Assembly (NCBI GenBank): GCA_051546255.1
Contig: CP128815.1
Location: 248,001 to 312,000, forward strand
From: Meyerozyma guilliermondii
Taxonomy: Eukaryota
DNA length: 64,000 nt
Direction: 5' to 3'
Numbering within the stretch: the first letter of the stretch is position 1; each line of letters begins with the position of its first letter. The notes under the pieces were generated by a model. It was given only the letters and a program-made list of their open reading frames with translations, was not told the origin of the DNA and did not search any database. Both the position numbers and the translations under genes were made by a program. This document shows, piece after piece, positions 49,573 through 61,200 of the stretch.

Positions 49573-51384
49573 ATGTCAACTTTTAATCAAGCATTGAAGG
49601 AACCGTCGATTTCTGAGCAAATCAAGCCTACTGAAATCTCTCTGTTGGCTGGGCTGCAAAACGAAGAAAAGACCCAGGTTGCTGTAAAAACAAGTGCACA
49701 GAATGAAGATCTGCTCGAGTTTGAAAGGGGCGAAAGCTCCGACCAACCGCAAGATGCTATTCTTCTCGGAGCCGCAAAGGTGGAAGCGACACTTCTTGTG
49801 TGGAGCAAGACTGCAGTATACTTTACATTCCTTTGGATCTGGGTATGTTTCTTCTTGTTAAATTTGCAGTCTTCCATCGCATCGAACATCATGTATTATG
49901 CTTATGCGGATTTTGCTGCTGCACCACAAATAAATACTGCTTTCATTTTGTCCTCTATAATCGGTGGAGTGTTGCAATTACCCATCGGTAGAGCATTGAC
50001 CATTTGGGGCCGTGCAGAGGGATTTCTCGTTGTCTTATCGGTGTACGTTCTTGGTCTAATTGTGTCTGCTGCTTGCACGGGTCCGGATTCATTTGCGGCT
50101 GGATACGTCTTGCACTCGGTAGGCTACCAGTCATTGGGGTTTATTCTCAGTGTTTTCGTAGCTGATGCTTCAGGATTGCGTAACAGGGGACTAGCATATG
50201 CCTTTGTTGGTACACCAACACTATGCACTGCTTTTACCGGGCCACTTGCTGCGCAATCCTTCATCAAAATGTCCTCCTGGCGTTGGGCATACGGTACCTT
50301 TGCCATAGTTCAAACCGTCACATTTATTCCCCTTGCAGTCTTATTCAAACATTTCGAAAAGAAAGCGAAAAAAGAAGGCATTCTCAATGAGGTCGACAAA
50401 GGACGCACAACGTTGCAATCAATTGTACATTATTTTCACGATTTTGATATTGTGGGTGCATTCGTTTTGTCATCTGCGTTCATTCTCCTATTACTCCCTT
50501 TTAGCTTGAAAACATACGGAAGAACCGAGTACAAAAGTGTCACTTTCATCATTATGGTGGTTCTTGGTGGACTCTTGATTCCTGTCTTCGGGATATGGGA
50601 GAAGTACTTTGCAAGAACCCACTTTATCAAATGGCAGTTGTTCCGGGACCGCACCGTCTTGGGTTCCTGCGTTCTTGCTGCATGCATTTTCTTCAACTTT
50701 TACTGCTGGGATGCTCAATATTACAATTTTGTAATCGTGGTGTACAACTTGAGCGTATCCATGGCAGGATATATGGCACAAATTTACACTGTGGGATCAG
50801 TAATTTGGTCAGTGCTATTCGGCCTTTACATTCGTCAGGTCAATAGGTTCAAAAAGGCTTGCCTCTACTTTGGACTTCCACTCATGATGCTTGGTGCCGG
50901 TCTAATGGTCCGCTTTCGTGGTCAAGAGTCTAATATTGGATACATCATTATGTGTCAAATTTTCCTTGCGTTTTCTGGCGGTACTTTAATCATTGGCAAT
51001 GAAGTTGCAGGTTTATGCGCAGCAGATATTGGCGAGATTCCAATGATCCTCTCGCTTCTTGGGCTTTGGTCAAACCTCGGTGGAGCGATCGGTTCTGCTG
51101 TGGCTGCCGCAATATACACCAACACATTCCCTAGCACTCTTTACAAGAATTTACCCGAGAGTGCTAAACCCAACGCAACTGAGATTTATCTTGGTGGTTA
51201 TACTACACAAATGCTTTATCCGGTCGGCAGCGACGAGAGAAAAGCCATTAATCAAGCATGGGGCCAAACTCAAAAGAACAGTTGCATTGCAGCTTTATGT
51301 GTGATGGTGTTAGCATTTCCAGCAATAGCTTCATGGAAGAATTACAACGTAAAACTGACCCACCATAAAGGAATAGTTTTATAG
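49573..51384 (+). CDS. MFS siderophore-iron transporter (SIT/ARN family, MirB-like)
   Basis: About 14 hydrophobic segments; GAAKVEA...[42 protein letters not shown]. Confidence 0.88.
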   Translation: MSTFNQALKEPSISEQIKPTEISLLAGLQNEEKTQVAVKTSAQNEDLLEFERGESSDQPQDAILLGAAKVEATLLVWSKTAVYFTFLWIWVCFFLLNLQSSIASNIMYYAYADFAAAPQINTAFILSSIIGGVLQLPIGRALTIWGRAEGFLVVLSVYVLGLIVSAACTGPDSFAAGYVLHSVGYQSLGFILSVFVADASGLRNRGLAYAFVGTPTLCTAFTGPLAAQSFIKMSSWRWAYGTFAIVQTVTFIPLAVLFKHFEKKAKKEGILNEVDKGRTTLQSIVHYFHDFDIVGAFVLSSAFILLLLPFSLKTYGRTEYKSVTFIIMVVLGGLLIPVFGIWEKYFARTHFIKWQLFRDRTVLGSCVLAACIFFNFYCWDAQYYNFVIVVYNLSVSMAGYMAQIYTVGSVIWSVLFGLYIRQVNRFKKACLYFGLPLMMLGAGLMVRFRGQESNIGYIIMCQIFLAFSGGTLIIGNEVAGLCAADIGEIPMILSLLGLWSNLGGAIGSAVAAAIYTNTFPSTLYKNLPESAKPNATEIYLGGYTTQMLYPVGSDERKAINQAWGQTQKNSCIAALCVMVLAFPAIASWKNYNVKLTHHKGIVL

Positions 51385-51476
51385 GTCAGGTGACCATACT
51401 CACTCAGATAAACGATGGTTATATGGTACTGACTTTGCCTCGTGAATATATGACAAGTGAAAATGAGTAAGCTGAA

Positions 51477-52583
51477 CTATGGTGCGTACTTGCCATATTT
51501 TTCTTCCCAAGCAAATATCCCACGAGTAAGCTCCTCCATGGATGCGAGGTTCTCATCGAAACTCTGGAGTACTTTTTGCGATTCGGAAGGAACTTCACCG
51601 TTCTCCTTGTAGTCAAATATGATCTTTTTGTTGTTTCGCTCCTCCTGGTATTCTAGTTGAGAGCGACCGAGCCACTCAAGGATTGCTCCTGTGCGCTTTC
51701 GTAATTCGTAAATCGAGGATTTGTCATTGACAAATCGGGGTTTTGATGGTTGCTTCACAAGCTCCTCTCTAGAAATATCATCCTGGACTGTTGATTCTTT
51801 TTCTTTCGGTTTTGGTCTAGGTTTTGGTTTGGCTCTCGTCACCTTGGTGCGTTTTTTAGAAGTCGTTGTGGTCTCACCGTCATCGGTATGGTCCGTCGTC
51901 ACTTCTGTCCTTTGGCGTTTGACTGTCTCAGCATCCAGACGAGGTCTGCGCCTGGTACCACTTTCTTTATCATCACCACTCTCCACTGCGAGTCCACTTT
52001 CTCTGGCGCTTTCCCTGAGTGCCTTTTTCAATTGTTCATCGTATGGGTCAAAATTCCGATTCCTATCCTTACGGGAGTGACGAGTGTCCAACGAAGGCGA
52101 CAGAGAAGTGGATTCGGATTGGGGAGCAGCCGATTTAGATCTCCCATTTTTTGCAGTTGGTGTTTCGAGAAGCAATCTTTTTCGTTTGTCATTAACAGGT
52201 TTGTACAATGTTCGATTCTCACTGGAGCCGTCTTCATCACTGACTATTATGTGTAGTTCTGGTTTGCACTGTTCACACCAGTATTTATCAGGAACGTCTT
52301 CGTCAATAAATAATCCCACGCAATAACCATGCTGCCAAACTGAGCATTTATCACATTGTATGAAGAGACCCACGTCTATTTTGATGCCGTATTCACTCTG
52401 TAACAACTCTTGAAGTTCAGAATTGATTCCGTCGGTATTGAGTTCATCATTCCCACACACACAACGAGTTACCTCGTCTTCTTCATCAGCATTAAAGTCA
52501 TCATTTTCGTCTTCTACAACATCTTCTCCTTCCACTTTGGTACTTTCTACTTGCGACCTACCTCTGGCGGCTCGTCTCGACAT
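51477..52583 (-). CDS. CTI6: PHD-finger subunit of the Rpd3L complex
   Basis: TRCVCG...FIQCDKCSVWQHGYCVG...YWCEQC; C-terminal ELRKRTGAILEWLGRSQ...WEEKYG. Confidence 0.9.
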   Translation of the reverse strand: MSRRAARGRSQVESTKVEGEDVVEDENDDFNADEEDEVTRCVCGNDELNTDGINSELQELLQSEYGIKIDVGLFIQCDKCSVWQHGYCVGLFIDEDVPDKYWCEQCKPELHIIVSDEDGSSENRTLYKPVNDKRKRLLLETPTAKNGRSKSAAPQSESTSLSPSLDTRHSRKDRNRNFDPYDEQLKKALRESARESGLAVESGDDKESGTRRRPRLDAETVKRQRTEVTTDHTDDGETTTTSKKRTKVTRAKPKPRPKPKEKESTVQDDISREELVKQPSKPRFVNDKSSIYELRKRTGAILEWLGRSQLEYQEERNNKKIIFDYKENGEVPSESQKVLQSFDENLASMEELTRGIFAWEEKYGKYAP

Positions 52584-53331
52584 CAATGTTTATTTTGTGG
52601 TCAGATTGATAATATCGTTCGATATAGAATCTTAAACCAATCGGGACAGTAAGTGACATGTGGTGTGTGGATGTTGTTTTTATAAATCACATACAATTCT
52701 GAAAAGAGGTGTCTGAACCAGTACACCTCAAGCTGCTGTATCTACCGTCTAATTGCATGAGGATGCATTCAAGTGAATATAGAAGACTTTTGACTTACAT
52801 AAGTATGTCGTGCGATTACACGGGAAGGCTTTCAGATGAAGAAACGTTAAAGTGGAAACTGAAAATTAATTGTGGAAACTCGAGTAATATGAAATGCTTT
52901 AATTCTTTCCTCTGCATCTCATTCGATTAAATATAAATATGGGCTCAAATGTCGATGGAACTTATAATTATATATGAAGTCTTTGCATTGATATTCACAA
53001 ACCCCACTATGGCTGAACAATGTACTTGATTACGTCATACTCGGACGGTTCCAACAGTATATCGGCTCTACAGGAAGCCTGCACAATGATCTGGTTTGAC
53101 GTGAAACAGTAAAGCTGCGGAGATCCTGCTAACTCCGCATCTCGCAGATCACATGTGAGCCCACGGAAGAGAAAAATGTTGAGTTGGAGGTTTTAGAATT
53201 AAGATCTTGAAAATTACCGCATTGGGAAAGGTTCAGAGCGGCTACAATTTCACTACTTCACAATACATTCACAAAACAAAATGCTCCTCAAGAGAACTTT
53301 TGATATACCGTCCACATTAATGCTCGGCAAT

Positions 53332-55011
53332 CTAGATGCCTAATTTAAGAGACCCGTTCCTATCGTAGAGGAATGGGCATCTAATGTATGGATCAAGAGC
53401 AATGTAATTCTTGGCCAACTCAATGTCCAAGTCAAGCTTGTCTTGCAAGTAGCGACTGCTCACTTCTGGGTTGACGGATTCGGCCCACCGTCTACTTGTC
53501 TCGAAAAGTCTAAGAAGAAGATTTTCTCTCTCTCGTCTTAAACGGTAGTAATGGCTGTCCTTTGACTTTGGTGGATGAGTGTGCTCTTCAGTGGGCTCAA
53601 TGTACTCTCCAGCGTAAGTATCTTCACCACCAATATAGTCTGGAATATGCTCAATATCAACAAACTGGTTCAATTCTTGCAAGTTCTTGGTGAACTGGAT
53701 CTTCGAAGCAACCACTGGGTCCAACCAGTTTTTGATAATGTTCCAAATGGTGGAGAAAATCCATGGGGCATTGTGGATGAAAATGTATCCCAAACACTCT
53801 GGAAAGTGGGCCTCAAAGACTTCAGCCAAGAACTTGATGGCGCTGTAATCATTGTTTTTCAAGGTAAATCCGGTCAAGTCGAACAAAATCGAACATTGGT
53901 CGACACCATCGGTAACGTCTCTCAAAAACAATCTACAAGACTCAATGGTCAACACTGCGAATCTTTGAGTCTCTTCAATAGGAGAATCAGAACTGTAGTG
54001 CAAGCGAGCTTTGAAGAAGAAGATTGGGTGACGCTTCTTGTCGACTCCTCTAATGTAAGATTTCGACGTGGTCAAATTCTTAATCAAACCTTTGTTTGTT
54101 CCTGTAACGAAGGATTTTGCATCACCTTCGAAAAGATAGTCGTCACAAGGCATCTCGTTGTATCTCCAGTTCAAAGACTTGAACATCATATTGAGAGCAG
54201 GTTCAAGCTTCAACTTTCTTGCTCTCACGAATCTCAAGATGAAATTGTCAAACAAGTCCAGTCTGTTTGCACGCATCAATGCCTGGTGGATTTCAAATGG
54301 CTTGTACTTGGACATGACCGACGAAACGGTGGGGTTTGGTTTGCCATGGTTTTTGTGAGAGCCGTGGTGATGGCGACTCGTGGTTTTGCTGAGAGAGCCA
54401 TTTCTAGCACCATTGGACTTCATAGGAGTTGGCTCGAGAGCAATTCCAGGATCAGTGATCGAAGTGGAGGCGGTAACAAATGTCTCCAACGAAAGATTGT
54501 CAGACTCTTCGTCGCTGTTCTCCAAATCCGAATCGTAATCATCCTCATACTCGGCACCCTGACGGTAAAAGTGAATAAATAAGTTTCTGTTCCGATCAGA
54601 AATTTCGCTATCAGTCACCTTGTGGTACTTTTCGTATGACGATTGCTGTTGAATTTGTTGCATACGCTTCAGATCGGCGGGGGCAGCCTCAGCCGTTTCA
54701 GTCTTCTTTTTACCAAAGAATCCCTTCTTTTTACTAGCGGTAGTTCCACTGGTTTTCCGTGATACATTGGAATTGAGCGAACCTCTGGTGGAGCTTCTTG
54801 CCAAGCCATTGGCATCGCCACCAATGTTTCCACCTTGCTGAACACTTGAAGATGCAACATAACATTCATTATAGGGCAAATCGCTTATGGGAAAGGACAG
54901 TTCATATCCAAAATAGATGAGAAAGTGAGCCCAAACCTGCTTGAGCACAATCTCCTGTTCGCTAGAAAGCGTTTGGATTCTACCCGGTTGAATATGACTC
55001 CAGTCTTGCAT
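53332..55011 (-). CDS. CSR1: CRAL-TRIO (Sec14-like) phosphatidylinositol transfer protein
   Basis: DNFILRFVRARK, FDLTGFTLKNNDY, FEAHFPECLG, HNAPWIFSTIWNIIKNWLDPVVASKI. Confidence 0.88.
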   Translation of the reverse strand: MQDWSHIQPGRIQTLSSEQEIVLKQVWAHFLIYFGYELSFPISDLPYNECYVASSSVQQGGNIGGDANGLARSSTRGSLNSNVSRKTSGTTASKKKGFFGKKKTETAEAAPADLKRMQQIQQQSSYEKYHKVTDSEISDRNRNLFIHFYRQGAEYEDDYDSDLENSDEESDNLSLETFVTASTSITDPGIALEPTPMKSNGARNGSLSKTTSRHHHGSHKNHGKPNPTVSSVMSKYKPFEIHQALMRANRLDLFDNFILRFVRARKLKLEPALNMMFKSLNWRYNEMPCDDYLFEGDAKSFVTGTNKGLIKNLTTSKSYIRGVDKKRHPIFFFKARLHYSSDSPIEETQRFAVLTIESCRLFLRDVTDGVDQCSILFDLTGFTLKNNDYSAIKFLAEVFEAHFPECLGYIFIHNAPWIFSTIWNIIKNWLDPVVASKIQFTKNLQELNQFVDIEHIPDYIGGEDTYAGEYIEPTEEHTHPPKSKDSHYYRLRRERENLLLRLFETSRRWAESVNPEVSSRYLQDKLDLDIELAKNYIALDPYIRCPFLYDRNGSLKLGI

Positions 55012-55155
55012 TGTGAATTTAAGCCACGAATCTAAAATCTCACTAACTACTACCGACCAGCAATTGTGAACTGTCAGCAATTTTCGTGTGCTTTATAGGT
55101 TTATAAGTGGGGTTCGACACCGCTATTGCACATGAAATATTATGCGGTATCCACA

Positions 55156-58065
55156 CTACCGCCTTCGCAGCCTCATTTGGGCAATTTTTCGATTTCGCAC
55201 CATCGGGTTCCCGGATAAGGGAGGTGGGGTGAAGCTGGTGTTGGGGTTCTGATTTTGGGTCGCAAATCCCAATGGCGCCGCTGGTGTCAGTTCTCGAGTG
55301 TTACTCGAACCTGCTCCAAATATTGATGCAGGGTCTGGTGTTGGTTCACGAGAACCAAAACTAAAGCTAAAAGCGGGAGCTGGGTTTGCTCCTGCACCCA
55401 TTGCGGGTCCACCTCCTGCACCTGCTAATCCTGGCGCCGCGGCTGGGGGACCTGGAGTGTGGGGTCCCGTCTGTCCAAACGTAAAACCCCCGCCAAATGC
55501 AGGTGCACCTTGAGCCGGTGCGCCGCTTTGTGTAGGAAACGACGGCGACAGGGTCCTGGAGGCTGCAAATCCTGTAGCTGGGGTTGTGGAGCCAAAAGTG
55601 AATGGTTTTGATGTGTTATTGTCTTTGTTCCCTCCAAACGTAAATGTAGTGGATGGAGGTGCTGGACTCTGACCAGATGAGTTGGTTCCATTATTAGCAC
55701 CGAAGGAGAACAATGGTTTTGTGGGGTTGCTTTGTTGTTCGCCGCCAGCTGGCTTCGCAGTAGCCGAGGGGGCGCCGAATGTGAATGGCGTAGTCTCCTT
55801 TTTGTCGTCTTTAGCTGCCCCAAAAGCAGGTGCTGGCTCTGTAGTTTGCCCGAAATTGAAGGAGGGTTTTGCGGGAGCAGTGCTGTTGGAGCCAAGCAAC
55901 GTAGCCGAACTGGTTTTGTTTCCAAAACTAAAATCAAGGTTGCTCTTGCTCTGCTCTAATGGTGTAGATGTTCCACTCTTAGCGGCCAGATCAGCATTCT
56001 TCTGACCACCAAATGTAAATGCCGGTGCCGCCTTTTTTGCTTCCTCAGAATCCTTCTTCTCATCATCTTTGGGTGCCTCTTTCGTAGTTCCAAAAGTGAA
56101 CGATGGTGTTATACTATCTTTGGGTTTCTCTTTAGTAGATCCAAAAGTGAACGATGGTGTTTCTTTATCTTTCGATGCCTCTTTAGTGGTTCCAAAAGAG
56201 AACGATGGTGTGGTGCCAGTATTGAACGTCGATGACACCGCTCCATCTTTCTTGCTATCAGGTACCACGGAAGGTGAAGGTGAAGCGGTTGGCTTACCAA
56301 ATGAAAAAGTTGGAGCACTGGAAATGCCAGTACCTTTATCACTAGAAGAGTCCTTGGATCCAAAGCTGAATAAGGGCTTTGGCTTTTCTGTCTCTGTCTC
56401 TTTATTGCCACTAGTCAAGCCACCAGCGTCTGTGTTTGTAGTTTCGTCACTCTCCCGTGTCCTCTTCGTTCTTGGCTCGGCCAGTGTGCTACTTTCCTCG
56501 CCTTTGCTACCGAAGCTAAAGGTTGGTACTGGAGTTGCACTACTTTCCACCTTTCCATTGGTGTCGGAAGCTGCCGAAGAGCGATCAGAAAGTCCTGCTC
56601 TATTCGCGGTGGAGAAAAGACCTATCGAAGGCTTCTCGCGCACAGAATTCTTGTCATCGACCTTAAAGCGCAGACTTCCATTAGCACTCGCCTCCTTTAT
56701 TGGTGGTGCTGTAACACTATCGGGGACAGAAACTGGCGTACTCTCTTCCGACTTCTCTAAATTATTCATAGCGGATGTAACTTCTTCATTGTCGATGGAG
56801 AATTTGAAACCTGAGCTTGGGAACGCAGTTGGTTTCTTATCTGTAGTCTTTGTTGCATCCTGTATGTTGAGTATCTTTGCTAGTTTCCCAGCCTTCTCCA
56901 AATATTCGCTGTCAAGCTTTACACATATCTTCTCTCCACTTTTGAACGACTTGTCGAGCCCCACCCGTCTATCGGTAGTTCCTGCAAAATCGGTAGCAAA
57001 CTTTTTGTATGGTGGGTCATAATCTTCAGTTGTTTTTGTAGGTTTGGCTTCTGGAGCCAGGCTCTTGGAACTGACTTTACTGAGAGAACCAAGATACCCA
57101 TTTAATGATTCTGCCTTGCCAGGCACCTTGGTATCAACATCATACAGAAAATCACCAGAGAAAAAGCCGCGCGAATTCACAGTTCTTCTCTTTTTGGTGG
57201 AGTTTTGAGTCAGTGTAGATATGGCTCTCTTTTTTCTGTTCTTCATCGTCAATGTAGTCTCCAAGAACGAAGAGTCGTGAGTTTGTGTAGACGTCTCTAC
57301 CTTTGTCGCGTCCACAGCTCTGGAAACCGTTTCCTTCGGATCCACCATGTACTTTAGCCGTCGCTGAAGGGCTTCGGATGCTTCTATTGACCTCTTAAGT
57401 TGGATCAAGTGGTATCTTTCGCGAGGGTCAATATTTATGAATGCAGGGCGGGCAATGTTACCTTCTGAGTCGTGATACATTGGGGCAAATTCATGCTCGA
57501 TAACAAGGGGAGCCAACTCTCCGCGAGGAGATTGCTCGTCTTCATCATGGTAACTAAAGTTGACTAGTTGACCTTCTTCAACTATGGATTGGTTGCGGGA
57601 AATGGGACCAAGTTGCGAGGTAGGAAGTGCACCCGGCGATGGATCCCTAAAGTCATCTTCTGGAACAGAGACTCCGTCATTAACATCGCTTACTCTCTTT
57701 TCCAAATCGTTACTTTTTTCATCATTCAAAGTTTGGATTGAATCGTAATACGTTTGGTATATGCCTTTATTACTTCCAAGAGTCTTAGATCTCGGAACGT
57801 TTCCAGGAGGATCTCTTGGCAAGTAGGAAAGTCGCCTTTTCTTTACTGAAGTGAAATTGTTTTGTAATTCGTCGTTCATGGCAGCCTCAGTTTCAAAAGT
57901 AGCATTATTTTTAGCGTCGGAATCATGATTCTCGTTCAGTTTCCATCGAAATTTATCGATAATATTACCAAAGGCGGATCGCAATCCTCTCTTCAAGGAA
58001 AGTTGCAGAGACTCCGATCTCGGTATGCTCTGTGGACTCACAGACCGAGTGTTGTGGTTGACCAT
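55156..58065 (-). CDS. NUP1: FxFG-repeat nuclear basket nucleoporin
   Basis: Many FSFG/FTFG repeats; basic C-terminus RKIAQMR.RRR typical of Nup1. Confidence 0.85.
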   Translation of the reverse strand: MVNHNTRSVSPQSIPRSESLQLSLKRGLRSAFGNIIDKFRWKLNENHDSDAKNNATFETEAAMNDELQNNFTSVKKRRLSYLPRDPPGNVPRSKTLGSNKGIYQTYYDSIQTLNDEKSNDLEKRVSDVNDGVSVPEDDFRDPSPGALPTSQLGPISRNQSIVEEGQLVNFSYHDEDEQSPRGELAPLVIEHEFAPMYHDSEGNIARPAFINIDPRERYHLIQLKRSIEASEALQRRLKYMVDPKETVSRAVDATKVETSTQTHDSSFLETTLTMKNRKKRAISTLTQNSTKKRRTVNSRGFFSGDFLYDVDTKVPGKAESLNGYLGSLSKVSSKSLAPEAKPTKTTEDYDPPYKKFATDFAGTTDRRVGLDKSFKSGEKICVKLDSEYLEKAGKLAKILNIQDATKTTDKKPTAFPSSGFKFSIDNEEVTSAMNNLEKSEESTPVSVPDSVTAPPIKEASANGSLRFKVDDKNSVREKPSIGLFSTANRAGLSDRSSAASDTNGKVESSATPVPTFSFGSKGEESSTLAEPRTKRTRESDETTNTDAGGLTSGNKETETEKPKPLFSFGSKDSSSDKGTGISSAPTFSFGKPTASPSPSVVPDSKKDGAVSSTFNTGTTPSFSFGTTKEASKDKETPSFTFGSTKEKPKDSITPSFTFGTTKEAPKDDEKKDSEEAKKAAPAFTFGGQKNADLAAKSGTSTPLEQSKSNLDFSFGNKTSSATLLGSNSTAPAKPSFNFGQTTEPAPAFGAAKDDKKETTPFTFGAPSATAKPAGGEQQSNPTKPLFSFGANNGTNSSGQSPAPPSTTFTFGGNKDNNTSKPFTFGSTTPATGFAASRTLSPSFPTQSGAPAQGAPAFGGGFTFGQTGPHTPGPPAAAPGLAGAGGGPAMGAGANPAPAFSFSFGSREPTPDPASIFGAGSSNTRELTPAAPLGFATQNQNPNTSFTPPPLSGNPMVRNRKIAQMRLRRR

Positions 58066-58222
58066 AGCAGCTGAGATTTTTTGAGAAGAACTTAACTTAT
58101 GAATCTGTGGTGGTTGGATGCCCAGCCGTTAGAGATGAAGTGTAGGGTATATCTTGTCATTAGTGTATGTGTAAGATGTAAGGTAGCTAAAGGAGGGTCA
58201 ATGTAGTCGCTGGTACTGGTTA

Positions 58223-61200
58223 TTATCCATACATCTCGTTCAAGGTGAGGCTGGCTGCTGTGCCATTAAAAACATCACCACCTAATTCTTCATCGTAATA
58301 GGAAGTTGCAGGGTTACGAAGTCCAGTAATTGGATGTGTCAATGCCTCTTCGTCAACTTCCTTCACCATTTTAATCATGGCATTTTCTCCATAGTTCACT
58401 CCGTACAGGGCACTGATGGGTATCACACCTTGTACCCATGCATCGATGATTCTTGCACGTTGCTTGGTACCAAGTCTGGATATTGGAAATTCACCTTTTT
58501 TGATGAAAGCAACAATATCAACGATAAGATGATGCTTGCTTAGTACCGTGTTCACAATTAGCGGAACGAGAGCTGCTAGGTTTCTGTATCTCTTGCACTC
58601 ACAAACGACTATAGTATAATCGGCACACTTAAAAATACACGAGCCATTTCTGTAGATATCGTTATGGCATGTTTCAATCGTATTCTCGATGTCTATAGGG
58701 AAATGATGGAGCCCCATCACTTCAAAAGTGTCGGCAATTTTTCCAAGAACGAAAAGTGGTTGCACGGACTGAAACTGAGGACCGGTGTCAGGGCCATTGC
58801 CAACAGAGTTCTTGGTGATGGAAACATTGTGAAGGAATCCAAGATCACCAGTTCTCAAGTAGGTCATGTTCGGATCCCCGTTCACAATCTTACAGTTGAA
58901 TTGGTTCTTGGTAACTTCGTCCAGGGGACCATTGGGCCCATTTGTGAAAGAATCAAGACTAGCTTCGGAGTTGACCCAAATCTCACCAAATTCACCCTCA
59001 TGACAAAGTTCTCTTGTCTCAGGATTGACTATAGCTATTTGGGAGCAAACGGGAATTAAGCCCGAATCTTGAACCCGTAGCGCATTAGGAACCTCAGCCT
59101 GGTTGACTACCGAGACAAAACCTTGGCGAAGTGCAACTGGATCTAAGAACAAATCCACAGGCGCAACACTCATGTAGGACCTAGTAGCAATCATCGGATT
59201 GAACACATGGTTGTACACTGTTGACATTGACGCCGCACCCAATTTAGTGGGTTGAAAAACCTTTGAGATTTTTCGAAGAAGATCAATCTCTATCCTTCCT
59301 TCCGTACTTATCATCATGTTCTTCAACAGAGATAAGTCGAAACCTTTAGGAGTGAATTTTATAGCAGCATACTTCAACATTTGCTCGGTCACAAATACGT
59401 CTTTCACCTTGTATCTTGCCATGGCCAAAAAGAATGCAAGAGGATTTTCTGCAAAGCTAACCGGCGAGCATAAGTACGTTGTTGTACCTAGGAAAACACC
59501 GAGAAGTACAGCTTGTACAAACCCAATACCACTAGCATGACGAACGCAGCCAACTATGGTCGATCTTGACGACAAGTTGCAGGTTTCCTTGAAAACTTTA
59601 CATAGTCCAATAATATTTTTATGGGTCAAAGTTGCTCCCACCCGGTAATGGTCAGAGGTAAAATTCAACCAAACCAATGCTGGAGTAGTAGTATCACGGT
59701 AATTGACCGCCGCTTGGTGCTTTGCAATTTTTGAGTGTAACGATGCAATGTTCGAAAACTTCGTTAATTTGCCAGTATTTTTTATTCGTTGACCCTTGAA
59801 CCGCTTCTGGTGGTTCATTTTTTTTAGGGCATCAGCCACGGGTCCATTTTTAAGAAATTTTTCAACTTCTTCATTGACTAAGATATCTTGGACATCGAAG
59901 TCTTTGACTATACCCACAAACGCAGGGAAGTCTTCTCCAATTCTATTCGTATCGAATGGAAGCATAGGTATTGGAATAATACCGCACATCATGCAAGCGT
60001 AAACGGCAATGATGAACTCTTCAGACAACGAGTACATGAGTATGACATGCTTTCCTGGCTTGATTGCTGCTTTTTCAATCAAGTAACTGCAAACAGCATA
60101 TATCCGGGCTTCGAGTTTTTTCCATGTTAAGGGCTTCGAGCTTACCTTACCTGAACTATCGATGCTCTGAAAAGCTATAGAGTCACCTGAACTGGCCACT
60201 CTGAACTTAAGAACATCCACGATGGATTTGAAGTCAGTTAGAATTGCGCCGGTTTTTTCATCAAACGACTTCTCTCTAGCATCAATACTAGTACACTGAG
60301 GAGGGAATTGCTGTAAGGATGACTGGCGAAGCTTACTATCAAAGGGCGACCATATTCCACCAATAATGTCTTCACCGAAAGGAATCATACTGATAGACTT
60401 TTGCATGAAGAACTTGACAAACTCTGCTTTCAATGAACCTTCCAAGAACCGTTTTTTACAAAGCATATTAGCAATTTCACGTCCACCGCTTCGCATAATC
60501 TTTGGAAGAGTATCGCAATCCACGACGAGAACACAGTATAAACGAAGGTAATGTTCACGGAAAAGCGTATCGAAACATTTTTGGGCAATTGCGTTCAATA
60601 CTGGCTCATTAAGAGGCACTGGGCTGTAACTTTGTGTCAGATACTCCCCACTCTTGGAACTTTTCTTTGAACTATCAATGCTTCCACTGTCACTTGCTTC
60701 GTTCATTACTTTACGAATGACTTCTGCTTCAACAATAGCAACTGGAAGGTACTCTTGTCCAATAAACACATCGAAAATGGTGCAGTCGTAAAGTTGCCGA
60801 ACTTCGCTCGCCAACGTCGCTAATAAGTGTGAGGAATAGTGATACCTGGTACCATTACCGATAACAAGCTCCTTGTTGAGCTTCTTATATATAGCCTGAT
60901 CGTGCCAGCTGATCCTCTGACGAATTCGGTCCTCGTACAAGCCGAGAACGTATACCTTCCCGTTGAAAGTGAAGCCTAGCAAACCAGTTCGTAAGAATTC
61001 CATATCTAGGAACCCGTTCGCATCTCTGCATTTAGCATGAAAAATCAGTTTTGACTCTTTTTTGAGACCGTAGAAACCTCCCGACAAGCATGGACTGTCA
61101 ATCCAGATTTCGCCTAGCTCGCCCTTATTTACTAAAGCAGCAGTCTCTGGGTTGACAACTGCCAAGGTAGCATCGGGTAATGGAAATCCAAATGCATCCA

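Noticed and set aside
51477..52583. CTI6 as a third member of the metal-limitation module
   Set aside because: Cti6 affects low-iron growth in S. cerevisiae, but here it is convergent with the transporter and I saw no Mac1 motif upstream; adjacency may be chance.
53115..53147. Hairpin TGCGGAG-N10-CTCCGCA in the ~750-bp CTI6-CSR1 spacer (possible ncRNA)
   Set aside because: The stem is only 7 bp, and I found no convincing C/D, H/ACA or tRNA features; an Infernal/Rfam search would be needed.
53575..54582. 335-aa plus-strand ORF
   Set aside because: Entirely antisense to CSR1 with no recognizable motifs; consistent with a shadow ORF from codon bias.
56069..57022. 317-aa plus-strand ORF with apparent repeats
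   Set aside because: Antisense mirror of the NUP1 FxFG repeats; non-ATG start.
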